NCBI GenBank assembly: GCA_965603825.1
Contig: CBFDEM010000039.1
Span: 186,001-250,000, forward strand
Direction of reading: 5' to 3'
Source of the DNA: Blepharisma stoltei ATCC 30299
Lineage: Eukaryota; Protista; Ciliophora
DNA length: 64,000 nt
A model generated the notes under the pieces. It was given only the letters and a program-made list of their open reading frames with translations, was not told where the DNA came from and made no database searches. Of this stretch, positions 1 through 10,356 are shown piece by piece (position 1 is the stretch's first letter; each line of letters begins with the position of its first letter). The position numbers and the translations under genes are program-made.

Positions 1-816
1 AGCTAAAGCTTGAGATGTTGATGCATTTTCATTAGAAATATGAGCAGGGGCACTTTGAATGGGAGCTTCAATAGGATTTGTCTTCTTTTCTGCGTCTCCA
101 CTAATAATTGTTTGCGCATTTTGAATGGAGGCATCAAAAGGATTTGCCTTCTTTTCTACATCTGAGTAAATATTTTTTTGGGCATTTTGAATAGGAGTTT
201 CATGAAAATTTGGCTTCTTTACAGCATCTGCATTAGCAGTTTTTTGGACATTTTGAATAGGAGCTTCAATAGCATTTGGCTTCTTTACTTCATCTTCTTT
301 AATGGCTTTTTGGGCTTTTTGAATGGGAGCTTCAATAGGATTTGATTTCTTTTCTGAATCTTTTTTAATTGCTTTTTTTGCATTTTCATTTGCATTTTCA
401 TTTGCAGTTTTATTTGAAAATTCTCTTGATTTTTGCTCTGTTTCTGAGCCTATTTTAATGATTTTTTCTTTTAATGGAAATTCCGCTACATAAGAATTTT
501 TAAAATTTCTGATTTTTTCCTTTACAGGGAGCTGTTCCATAGAAGAATCTTTAAGTGGCTTTTCTTTTTCTTTAGCTGGAGCAGGTGGATTTACATTTAA
601 AGAAGCATGAGAATATGCATGAGCTTTTATAAGGATATTATGGACCACTTTAGAGCATACTCCGCATTTGAATTTCCCAGGACTCAGCTCATCAAATGGT
701 ATTTTATCAACTTCAACTTGAGAAGATTTAGATGTTTGAGTTTCTGCTTGATTGAAGCTATTTTTCTTTATTTCCATGAAGGATTGCTTATTTATTTGGG
801 CTTTATTTTCAATCAT
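1..816 (-). CDS. Hypothetical protein (3'-truncated by window edge) with one C2H2-like zinc finger and 22-aa tandem repeats
   Basis: Open frame from ATG 816 to the window start: MIENKAQ...FKCGVCSKVVHNILIKAHAYSH...(KKxNPIEAPIQNAQK)n. Not in the ORF track because it has no stop inside the window. Confidence 0.75.
   Translation of the reverse strand, partial: MIENKAQINKQSFMEIKKNSFNQAETQTSKSSQVEVDKIPFDELSPGKFKCGVCSKVVHNILIKAHAYSHASLNVNPPAPAKEKEKPLKDSSMEQLPVKEKIRNFKNSYVAEFPLKEKIIKIGSETEQKSREFSNKTANENANENAKKAIKKDSEKKSNPIEAPIQKAQKAIKEDEVKKPNAIEAPIQNVQKTANADAVKKPNFHETPIQNAQKNIYSDVEKKANPFDASIQNAQTIISGDAEKKTNPIEAPIQSAPAHISNENASTSQALA
50..380. repeat. Coding tandem repeat, 66-bp period, about 5 imperfect copies
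   Basis: ttgaat(g/a)gga... recurs at about 55, 121, 187, 253 and 319. Confidence 0.85.
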
Positions 817-1135
817 CTGAAAATTATTTTGGGGGATTTAGACAAATAAGCATATTTTTTATTTTTATTAATTCAAAGATTTTTAATAAGCATAAGCAAG
901 CATTGATTAGAATTTTCTATTTAAATATTATAGTTAAGTGATTTACTAGTAATTTATGATAATATATTTGAAAATAGTTTTTAAGGTTTCATTTTTGAAA
1001 TAAATAAACAAAGCGGATTGATACCTTGAAATATTAATCTATGATAGCTGATTTTTATGGTATTAAACTATCATTTCTTTAAATAATGTTTTTCTTATTT
1101 AACTGTTAAATTTTCGTATCGATAAATATTTAAAA

Positions 1136-2278
1136 ATGGGAATTAACGATTTTGAGTTTTTAAACAAGCTTGGTGAAGGGTCTTATTCCACAGTTTACAA
1201 AGTAAAAAGAAAGGTCGACAACCAAATATATGCACTTAAAAAGATCAAATTTGGTTCAATGTCTTCCCGTGACAAGCAAAATGCTCTTAATGAAATCCGT
1301 ATATTAGCATCAATCAACCATCCTAACATTGTTTCATATAAAGAAGCATTTATTGATGAAGGCACATCAACCCTCTGCTTAATTATGGATTTTGCAGAGC
1401 AGGGCGATTTATTGCAGCAAATCCAAAACCACAAAAAAAATAACACCTATTTTTCTGAGCAAGAAATTTGGGATATTTTATACCAGTCCACCACTGGTCT
1501 TAAGCTTTTGCATGACATGAAAATTCTGCATCGTGACATAAAGTCCGCAAATATTTTTCTGTCATCTGAAAGTGCTGTTAAACTTGGAGATTTAAATGTC
1601 TCAAAAATAGTTAACGGTTTGGCTTATACCCAAACTGGAACTCCTTATTATGCATCGCCTGAAATATGGAAAGATCTGCCATATGACTCTAAAAGCGATA
1701 TATGGTCACTTGGATGTGTCATTTATGAGCTAGCTGCTTTAGAGCCACCTTTTAAATCTGCAGATATGAAAGGCTTATATCGAAAAGTAACTTCTGGGAA
1801 AATCCCAAGACTGCCTGACAATTATTCCTCAGACTTAAATCTCATAATAAAATGTATGCTGCAAGTTAAACCAAGTAGCAGACCATCCTGTGAGCAATTG
1901 CTTGAAATGCCTGCTGTTAGCAGAAATATCCATATTAGAAATGACGTTGAAATCATTGAAAATAATGGAATGCTAGAAACCATCAGGCTACCTCCAAGCC
2001 TAAGAGCTTTAAAAGCCAAGCTCCCAGGACCTAACTATGATGGGAAAAAACGAAACCAAAGCGCAAGAAGAAGAGACGACGTCGAAAACTATGGAAAAGT
2101 AGGTAGTGAAAAGAATTTAAATAGTGTGATGACGCCTTCACCTATACTGAGAGCGTCTTTAAAAGCGAAACCAACAGACAGAAATATTTTTAAAGATAGA
2201 CAAGCTCTGCAAGAGCTTAATCCTAATACGCCGAAGCTCCCACCTATGCATAGAGCTTCATCTTTAAATAATAGATAA
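1136..2278 (+). CDS. NIMA-related (NEK) Ser/Thr kinase
   Basis: GEGSYS, YALKKI, NEIRILASINHPNI, HRDIKSANIFL, GDLN, TGTPYYASPE. Confidence 0.95.
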   Translation: MGINDFEFLNKLGEGSYSTVYKVKRKVDNQIYALKKIKFGSMSSRDKQNALNEIRILASINHPNIVSYKEAFIDEGTSTLCLIMDFAEQGDLLQQIQNHKKNNTYFSEQEIWDILYQSTTGLKLLHDMKILHRDIKSANIFLSSESAVKLGDLNVSKIVNGLAYTQTGTPYYASPEIWKDLPYDSKSDIWSLGCVIYELAALEPPFKSADMKGLYRKVTSGKIPRLPDNYSSDLNLIIKCMLQVKPSSRPSCEQLLEMPAVSRNIHIRNDVEIIENNGMLETIRLPPSLRALKAKLPGPNYDGKKRNQSARRRDDVENYGKVGSEKNLNSVMTPSPILRASLKAKPTDRNIFKDRQALQELNPNTPKLPPMHRASSLNNR

Positions 2279-2281
2279 TAA

Positions 2282-2722
2282 ATGATAATACTACATCTAG
2301 GGTTTTCTGGGCTAGGAATTTTATTGACAGTTCCTGCGCTGGTACAAGAGTATATAGATGATAATGATTTCAGCAAATGGCAAAACTCGATAAAGATATT
2401 ACCACATTTATTATTGATGGTTTCTTGTGCGTTGAGGTTTAACAAAATTATTCTCCCCTTTGGATTAGTTATGGGGGTTATCACATGAATTAGTAATCAC
2501 TTTCTATTTATTTTAAATTTAACCTCAAGCTCTACCTCAATTTGTGAAGACTTCAGCGATCTATGCACAGAAGATACAAGTTCTTGTATAAACAGCCCCG
2601 TTAGCTCATGAGCAGGGATTTTATATATTATTGGATTGTTATTTATGATTATCGGTAACACTTTGCTTATAAAAAACACAGGCGATAAAATTTTAGAAAT
2701 AAATAAACTTGTAATTGGTTAA
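2282..2722 (+). CDS. Small multi-pass membrane protein, 146 aa (TGA=Trp)
   Basis: ORF 2282-2488 continues through two TGA codons to TAA 2720-2722; about 4 hydrophobic segments and a Cys-rich loop. Confidence 0.6.
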
Positions 2723-2725
2723 TAA

Positions 2726-5557
2726 TTAGCTCAAAGGAATTCAAGAGCTTGTAGAATGTAATGGAGGATGGGTGGCTTCTTTTGGAATTCCAGCAGCTAG
2801 CTCATATTCTTCTAGCTTAGAATTTAGAGCCTCGTTTCTTAATTTAAGATCCTTTACAATCTGCTCAAGCTCGCCGATTTTTTTCTTTTCTTCTTCTAGC
2901 AGCTGGATTTTTCTGGTTTTTACAGTCAGTTCTCTTACCATATTTTCACAGTATTTTGAGTTTTCATTGAGTTTTGACTCAAGAAAGGCGTAGCCATCGA
3001 TGAATTTTTTTAATAGGTCACTTAACTGAGTGACTTCTTGGCTTAGCTGCTCACTAGATTTATTAGGAGAAGTTTCAGATGCTATTCTGGCATTGTCTGC
3101 GTGGGAGAGAGAAGTTTCAAGTCTTGTGACGATTTGCTCAAGGGATTTTATGTGCTTAAGTTTAAGCTGGTTGTCTTCTTGGAGCTCTGATCGCTGAGCT
3201 GTTAAAATTTTTACATGATCTTGCAGCTCAATTGAAGTCCTTTGCAAATCAATCATCACTTTTTTGTAGTTTTCAACCTCTTCCTCTAAAACCTCTTCAT
3301 TTCTCTTTAACTTTTTTACATTTTTAGCTAATTTTCCGACTTCGTCTTGGTATTTTACAAGAATTCCGTTTTCTTTTATTAAATTTTCAATTTTTTCTGC
3401 CATTTCTTTAACTTGCTTCTCTAAGGCATCACGATGTTTTCTTTGCTGCTCAAGCTCATTTTCTTTTTCTTGCCTCGTTTTCATTAATTCTTGTATTTTT
3501 TCGTTCATTTCTACTATAACATTTGACTGTTTTGATATTTTTTCTTGCATTCCTTCTATAAATTCGTTGAAATTCTTGACCATTTCTTCAGTTGCTTTGG
3601 ATTTTTCTTTTCCTTCTGACAAGCTTTCTAAAATTTCTATTTTTTCATCAGACTGACTTGCAAAACTGATTGCTTTTATGAGAATTTCTTCATTATTCTT
3701 TGATTCCTCTATGCAGTATACAAGTTTTCTGTTATCACTTTCAAGCTCTTTATATGATTTTTCAGTTTCATGCAGCTGGGTAATAGCGTCGTTATATCTT
3801 TCTAAGACATCTTTCATACTTTTTTCATTTTGGTCAATTATTTCAGTTAATCCTTCTATTTGTCGACTCATTTCTTGCATTCTTGATAAATACTCTTTTG
3901 TTCTTTGCTCATAAGCTTTTTTATCTTGAACAGCAGTATCCTGCCATTTTTTAAGCTCCTCGACTTCTTCATAAAGTCTATTTCTATCATCTTCAGCTTT
4001 TCCAAGTCTTATCATTGCAACTTTTGCGAGGCTATCGAGCTCGTTTTTACTGCCTCTTTTATCAAAACTCAAAATTTGGGTCGTTTTTTCGATGATCTTT
4101 TTAGCTTCTTCTAAATCTTCAGTCAGCTTATATTTGATATTTTCAGAGTTTTCGAGCTCGACAACCCTTTGTTCTAGCTCTTTTTCTAGCCTATTTTTTT
4201 CATTAGCAAGCTCTTGTGATAAGATCTCTTGTTCTTGGATTTGGACATTTACTTCTTCCTGCTTTTCTCTAAGCAAGGAAATATTTTTTTCGTATTTATT
4301 GAGTCTTTCAGTCAAAGTTTGGTTAACTTTTGATTGCTCTCTAACCTTTTCCTGAGCTTCTACTTTGCACTTTTGTAAAACATTATAAAGCAACGCCACA
4401 CTTGCTTCAACATCGCTTTCTATTTTAGGGAACATCGGGATTTCTTCACACAAGAAAATGCCTGATTTCAAGCTTTCACTGATTTTTTCAAAATAATTCG
4501 ACAAAAGTTTTACTATATATGAGGCTTCTCTATCCGCATATCTTTGCCGTTCTTCAAGTTCATTCAGTTCATCCTGTATCAGCACTAAATCATTTTTGGA
4601 TTTTTCTAATTTATTTAATAATTCTTCAATATATTCAACTGGGTCATTCCCTTCAGTTGCTTTTGTGATTTTTTTCAGCATTTCTTCAGCTTCTTCTTTA
4701 TCATTCTGTAGTTTTGCTTTAAAATTTTTTTCTTTTTCTAGCTCCCTAGAAGCAGCTGCTATTAGTTGCTCACTTTGGTGTAATTCCTGCCTTAATTTTG
4801 GTATAAAGCTCAATTCTACCTGGCATTTTTGTAATGAGTCCATAGCTTTTTCAAGCTCGCATCTCAATCTTTCATTATCTTCTTCTAGTGCTAAACTTAT
4901 CTGTTCTTTTTCTTGCACAATTGAAGCAGCTCTTTCAAATTCGTCGACTTGGCCTTTATATCTTTCATCGAGATCATTGAATTTTTGTTTATAAATTCTT
5001 TTTTCATCTTCAGTCGATTTATAAGTGTTTTCTAGATTTGTGTAGTCTTGCCTTAAGCTTTGAATTATATGAGTTTTTTCATCAGATTCTTTTTTGAGTT
5101 GATTAAATGTTTTTTGAAGATTCGCGTTTATATCAAGCTGCTCTTGCAGCTCTTTTTCTACATCTTCCATGCGTGGCTTGATTTTTCCTTCAATATTATT
5201 CAGTTCTAAGTTTTTTTGGTTTATCTCTCTTTCAAACATAACAATTTTTTCTCTTAATACTTTTACTTGCAGCTGAAGATTATTATTTTGCTCTTTATAA
5301 CTATCAAGTGACACTAAATCTCTTTGCAAATTTAAAATTTCTCTTTCTTTGTCTTTCACATCTTTACTTAACTGTAAAACCCTTTGCTGCATTGTAATAG
5401 GGATGTTTTCCATATAATGATTTTTCAGCCTCATTTCGCTTGATACAGAAGATTGGCTTGAAATTTTTTGTTTGACAGGGGAGAGACTTTCTAATTGAAT
5501 ATTATGCTCTTTTATATGAGCTTCGAGGTTTTGTAGCTGAGTTCAGCTTTCTTCCAT
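2726..5557 (-). CDS. Large coiled-coil protein (about 943 aa)
   Basis: E/K/Q/L-rich heptads. With TGA=Trp the frame extends upstream to ATG 5557 (MEESWTQLQNLE) and downstream to TAA 2726-2728. Confidence 0.85.
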
Positions 5558-5588
5558 TACAAAGTAAATAGGGCCAGCTATAATCTTA

Positions 5589-5957
5589 ATGGCAGATATA
5601 AATACTCTTGGGCTCCAATTCGCACAGTTCTATTACAATGGTTTCCAGACTAACAGAGAAAGCTTAAGAGTTTTATTCAACGCGGACTCTATGCTAACGT
5701 TCGAGTCAGACCAATTTAAAGGTGCTGATGCCATTATAGGGAAATTTCACTCTCTTACAGCCCAAAGCATTGTCCATCATATTTTGACTTTAGATGTGCA
5801 GCCTTCTACAACTCCTGGAAGCATGATCATTCTTATCACAGGGCAGCTGCAGATGGACCAAGATGCACCACTTAAATTCTCCCAAGTCTTTCATTTAATT
5901 CCATCAGGCGGGTCTTATATATGCACAAACATCCTTTTCAGGCTGAATCTTGGGTAA
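5589..5957 (+). CDS. NTF2: Nuclear transport factor 2
   Basis: FAQFYY, SMLTFE...GADAIIGK, LDVQPS, ITGQL, FSQVFHL, NILFRL; 122 aa. Confidence 0.92.
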   Translation: MADINTLGLQFAQFYYNGFQTNRESLRVLFNADSMLTFESDQFKGADAIIGKFHSLTAQSIVHHILTLDVQPSTTPGSMIILITGQLQMDQDAPLKFSQVFHLIPSGGSYICTNILFRLNLG

Positions 5958-6002
5958 TAAATAACTTATTAAAAAACTTATAATTTAGGTGTAATTAAAT
6001 AT

Positions 6003-7184
6003 ATGGAAAACAGGCACGAATCTGAGGAAATTTCAAGCTTATCTGTAGAACTTCATGTCTTGAATAAGAAGCTGAGACCTGATGAATGCATTGTGTTGTT
6101 TAATCTAAAAGAAAAGTGGTGCAAAAAGCTGAAGATGGAAGAGGTTGTGAATTATGAAGATTTCGTCCACCCTGAAGAACCTTGTATAGTGCTTTTCCAA
6201 ATGAAAAGTGATGACTATCTGGAAGATATAAAATTTGTGTATAATATTGACTCGTTTATAGAGACAGAGTGCTCTCAAGCTATGCTTAGAAATGGTAATG
6301 ATAATATTACAAAGCTAGATGAGGATATCTTATTGACGATTTCTGATGCGAGCTATTATGACGATCTAGATAAGCCTGCAAAAATAAATATTTTGCTGAG
6401 AGATAATTTAATGCTGATATTTGCGTCAGAGCCACTTTACTGCATTGAGCAATGCTTTCAAAAAGAGCTTAATTTTTCTGATTTCCCAAATATGAATATT
6501 GGTCATGAGCAATGAAAATTCATGACCCACAGAATCAGAAGCAACCTTAGGCTGGAAATCGGAGAAGAAGACGGCTGTTCACAAATTGAAGCAATTTTAC
6601 ACAGAATTATTGAAGTAATTTTTGCCAGATTTGAAGAATATATTTTATTAGCAGGAGAAGAGGGAAAAGTCTGTAACAGATTTGCAACGAGTTTAAGCTT
6701 TCGAGAAAGATCAGATTTTATATTAAGGTCTTCCATTGCGGAAAGAAATTTAGTTTATTTGCAGGATTTAATAAAGCCAAAAGCAAAAATTTTGTCTGAT
6801 TTAAGCAGATATAAAAAAGGCTCAATAAATTTTTGCTACTATTTAAGAACACTGGCTCATAGAGCTAAGAAAATGTCACATGTGATAAAATCTCATACTC
6901 ATATGATCCAGACAGCACAATATTTATATGATGTAGCTACTGATGATGCTTTGACAAAAAATTCATTTAAGCTAGCTTTTCAAACAAGACTGTTTATGGT
7001 TGCGGCCACGACTTTTATACCGATACTGATATTTGTAGGGATGATGAGCGTAAATATTAGAATTCCATATCAGGATTATAGTACGAATGGAGGAGATTTA
7101 AAGCCTTTTGTAACTATTGTAGGAGGATCATTAGGATATTATATTATTGTTATGCTGTACTTCAGATGGAGAAGGTGGATATAA
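6003..7184 (+). CDS. CorA/ALR-like divalent cation transporter (393 aa)
   Basis: Two in-frame ORFs joined by TGA 6513-6515; helical stalk then two C-terminal TMs (TTFIPILIFVGMMSVNIRIP...YFRWRRWI). Confidence 0.8.
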
Positions 7185-7349
7185 TGCTAGAGTCAACAAA
7201 TTCTTTATTTTGGTATATTTAAATCAATTAAATTCTTAATTTTTTGATAAAGATGAGAATCAGAAAGTTTTTTACATATTTTTCTTAAAATTTTTAGAGA
7301 TTTATAAGAAAAATGAATATTCTTTGAGTATTCTGATATAAAAATATAA

Positions 7350-7874
7350 ATGGCTGAAGAAAATACAGATGTAAACTTGTATTTTACTTCCAGTACTCCA
7401 GAAGACAATTCAGATCTGAATTTTGTTTGTCCAACATTTTTGGAAAAGCTATATCAGCATCCATCTCAAAGAGATATGAAAGTGCTTTTGTTTATTTCTT
7501 TGCTTATGATACCATGATTAGCTTCAATTTTAATCATTCTATTTATGGAAAACGATGATAAAAGTATAAAAGTTAGACTTTGGCTTGAAGTTTTTGCTGT
7601 CAGCTCAATTATATATCTAATTTTATATATTGCGATCATGATTTTTTTATCAAAAATATCTAATAAGCCGATGAATTTACTAAATGGATCGTTTTTGGCT
7701 CTATCATTTTGCTGGAACGTAATAGGGACAGTGTGGATCTGTTTGGATAATGAATGCATAACAATATTTAACCTTAGCTGTAGAGTTGCCTCAGGAATCA
7801 TTTTGATATTTCACATTGCTTACTTATTCATAATCATATATGGCTTCAAACTAATGACTTCACAATCGAATTAA
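7350..7874 (+). CDS. Small 4-TM membrane protein
   Basis: ATG 7350 is in frame with ORF 7545-7874 through one TGA; four hydrophobic segments. Confidence 0.7.
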
Positions 7875-7984
7875 TTTTGCTATTAATTCAAAAATTTGAT
7901 GTAATAAATCTAATAGTTTTCTCATAATAATTACACTTAAAACAAAACGATCTTTATGGTAACGCAGATTATCCTAAATATTAT

Positions 7985-8365
7985 TTAGAATCTAGGCCTA
8001 TCTTTCTTAGTGTCATAGTCTGGACGTATCCCACCCCACCTCTTTATTCCTTCTTCTGCATACCATTTCGGGTTTTCTTGGCATTTATTGAACAAGTCCA
8101 TTTCAAGCTCGCACGCTAATAAATTTCCAGAATACTTATAAAAACACTCTCTATAATTATTCATTGGTTCTAAGCAGATAGGCTCAACTTCTTCAACCTT
8201 TTCGTAGCATTTTAATAAGTTTAATGACTCTTTTTGACAAAGCTCTGGACGGTGTTGTCCCATATAGTCTAATTGTCTGCAATCTTCATAGTCATATACT
8301 TGTTCTCTGCAAACATCAAAAGCCCTTTGAGCGTGAAGAATGATTTCATCGACGGGCGAGTACAT
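7985..8365 (-). CDS. Quadruple CX9C protein, probably complex I subunit NDUFA8-like
   Basis: Four exact CX9C motifs: CREQVYDYEDC, CQKESLNLLKC, CLEPMNNYREC, CELEMDLFNKC. Confidence 0.7.
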   Translation of the reverse strand: MYSPVDEIILHAQRAFDVCREQVYDYEDCRQLDYMGQHRPELCQKESLNLLKCYEKVEEVEPICLEPMNNYRECFYKYSGNLLACELEMDLFNKCQENPKWYAEEGIKRWGGIRPDYDTKKDRPRF

Positions 8366-8544
8366 ATTTATTATCTATCAATTATATCAATTAATTTTTT
8401 ATATCCATATAGATCGGTTTAATGATATTAAGATTTGCTCACCAGCTTATTTTAAATAGAAAAAAGAAAATAAGCCTGCAATTACCAGATTAAATATAAA
8501 ATATCTGGGTTTCCTAGCATATTTAGTTGTCTATATAATTCAAA

Positions 8545-10323
8545 ATGTATGATGAGACCACTGCATCATCAGGATCTGGGGTTTTAAAAGAAAGCGAAGA
8601 CAATATTATCGCCCAAAATAAGCAAGCTATGGAGCTTCTCCGTAAAGAAAAGTATGACCACGCTTTATTTTTTCTAAATCAAGCCTTAATTAACGTTCGC
8701 TCTCTTAAAAAATCTGACATCAAAGATAAGCTTCTTGCAATAACTTATAACAACCTAGGCTGCTTTTTTAGGAGGACTGGGAAACAGCAGCAAGCTCTTG
8801 ATTATCTATTTAAAGCTGCTGATTTAGAAAAAGCAAAAAAAGCAGAAGTTGGAGATGTGGCAAGCACACATCTTAATATTTGTGTAATTTTATCTGAAAA
8901 AGGAGAACATGAAAGAGCCTTAAGGCATGCATTAAAATCATTATACATTTTAAGAGGCAGCTATCCTGCAATCCCTTATCTATTAACTAGCCTTGGAATT
9001 GCTTATCATAATGCTGGAATTGAGTATGAGTACTTAAACCAAACAAAAGATGCCATGGACTGCTTTAAGAAAGGCTTTGATTTGTGCAAAATTAAGCTGG
9101 GACTTGATAATGAAATAACAAAAGCACTAAAAAAAAGCTATGAGGATGCTAGAAAAGAAGTAAACAGCTGCAAAACATCTGGGCAAGCAAGTTCTGTTAC
9201 GAGCGGTGCTGCAGATTCTCCACGAGCCAAAAGTGCAAAAAGGTTTAGAAGCCAAAGCCAAGAAGCAAGCCAGACAAGCTATAAAAGGCCTGTAAAATTT
9301 AAATTTAAAACAAGCCCTGAAAGTTATAAGGTGCCAAATAGACATTTATTGCCTCATGTAGATATGTCTATGTCTGCTGAAAAAACGCCTAAGCGTGCCT
9401 CAACAAAATCTCCACCAAAATCCAGAAAAAATACTTCGCATCAGCCTAAAAGGAGCAATCCTTTAGCACCATTAAATTATTCCTCAGGCTCCCCTAAGCA
9501 AATAGAAATGAACGCAATTAGACAAAACTTGCCTAAATTCGAAGAAATCAGAACTAAAACCCCAGCGCCCGGAAAAGTTGTCAGAAAAAGAATAGACGCG
9601 ATCAAGCACCATCAGCAAGAAAATTTAGCAGCTTCTATTATACAAAATTGGTGGAAAAATCTTTTAAAAAAGAGAAAAGAATTTGAAGAAAGCCTTAAAT
9701 TAAAGATAAGGAATGCTGAGATGAGGGCGAGAAAAGCTCTTGAAGAAGCTGAACAGTTAAAGCAGCTTGCAGAAAAGAAAAAAATGAAAAGCTTTAAGAG
9801 TTTACTTAAAGTACCATTTAAAGAGGAAGAAAAAGCAAAAAATGATAGTAAAATGAGGCCTTTAAGAGAGGAAGAAAAAGCAAAAAATGATCTTAAAAAG
9901 AGTCCTATAAAAGAGGAAACTAAAAAGAGCCCATTAAAAGAGGAAGAAAAAGTTAAAAGCGGAATACTAAAACTTCCTTTAAACAAGGAAGAAAAAACTA
10001 AAAATATTGTGATAAAAAGTCCTTTAAAAGAGGAAGAAAAAGCTAAAAGTCTCATAAAAAAGAGCCCTGATAAGAAAACTCCATTTAAAAAATCAAAATC
10101 AGTTACTATTGTTGGCCTACAAGCATGGATTAGAATGTTTTTACAAAGAAGAAGATTTAAAAAATTAAAAAATGCTGCAATTACAATACAGAAAAATTTA
10201 AGGAGATATCAATGCTCAAGACTTTATAAAGAAATTAAAGCTGCTGTGATATATATTCAAAGGTTTTTCAGAATGATAAAAAGAAAAGTTCTTTTTGACT
10301 CAAGAATAAAAATTTTTAAATAA
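8545..10323 (+). CDS. TPR-repeat protein with IQ calmodulin-binding motifs
   Basis: N-terminal TPRs (AITYNNLGC, ASTHLNIC, IAYHNAGIE); IQ motifs (IQNWWK, LQAWIRMFLQRRRF, IQKNLRRY, IQRFFR). Confidence 0.85.
   Translation: MYDETTASSGSGVLKESEDNIIAQNKQAMELLRKEKYDHALFFLNQALINVRSLKKSDIKDKLLAITYNNLGCFFRRTGKQQQALDYLFKAADLEKAKKAEVGDVASTHLNICVILSEKGEHERALRHALKSLYILRGSYPAIPYLLTSLGIAYHNAGIEYEYLNQTKDAMDCFKKGFDLCKIKLGLDNEITKALKKSYEDARKEVNSCKTSGQASSVTSGAADSPRAKSAKRFRSQSQEASQTSYKRPVKFKFKTSPESYKVPNRHLLPHVDMSMSAEKTPKRASTKSPPKSRKNTSHQPKRSNPLAPLNYSSGSPKQIEMNAIRQNLPKFEEIRTKTPAPGKVVRKRIDAIKHHQQENLAASIIQNWWKNLLKKRKEFEESLKLKIRNAEMRARKALEEAEQLKQLAEKKKMKSFKSLLKVPFKEEEKAKNDSKMRPLREEEKAKNDLKKSPIKEETKKSPLKEEEKVKSGILKLPLNKEEKTKNIVIKSPLKEEEKAKSLIKKSPDKKTPFKKSKSVTIVGLQAWIRMFLQRRRFKKLKNAAITIQKNLRRYQCSRLYKEIKAAVIYIQRFFRMIKRKVLFDSRIKIFK
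9810..10070 (+). repeat. Imperfect coding repeats (PLKEEEKAK)
   Basis: About 6 copies of ...taaa(g)aggaaga(a)aaa... within the TPR/IQ gene. Confidence 0.7.
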
Positions 10324-10356
10324 ATGTTAAATTTTTCGAAAGTTTATAAAAGAAAT

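Noticed and set aside
50-380. CRISPR-like periodic repeat
   Set aside because: An in-frame coding repeat with no unique spacers, no cas genes, in a eukaryotic context.
607-849. 80-aa plus-strand ORF
   Set aside because: It is antisense to the better-supported minus-strand zinc-finger/repeat gene (1-816).
2772-4994. Plus-strand Ser/Phe/Leu-rich ORFs (and similar antisense ORFs elsewhere)
   Set aside because: They are shadow frames of E/K-rich coiled-coil genes on the opposite strand.
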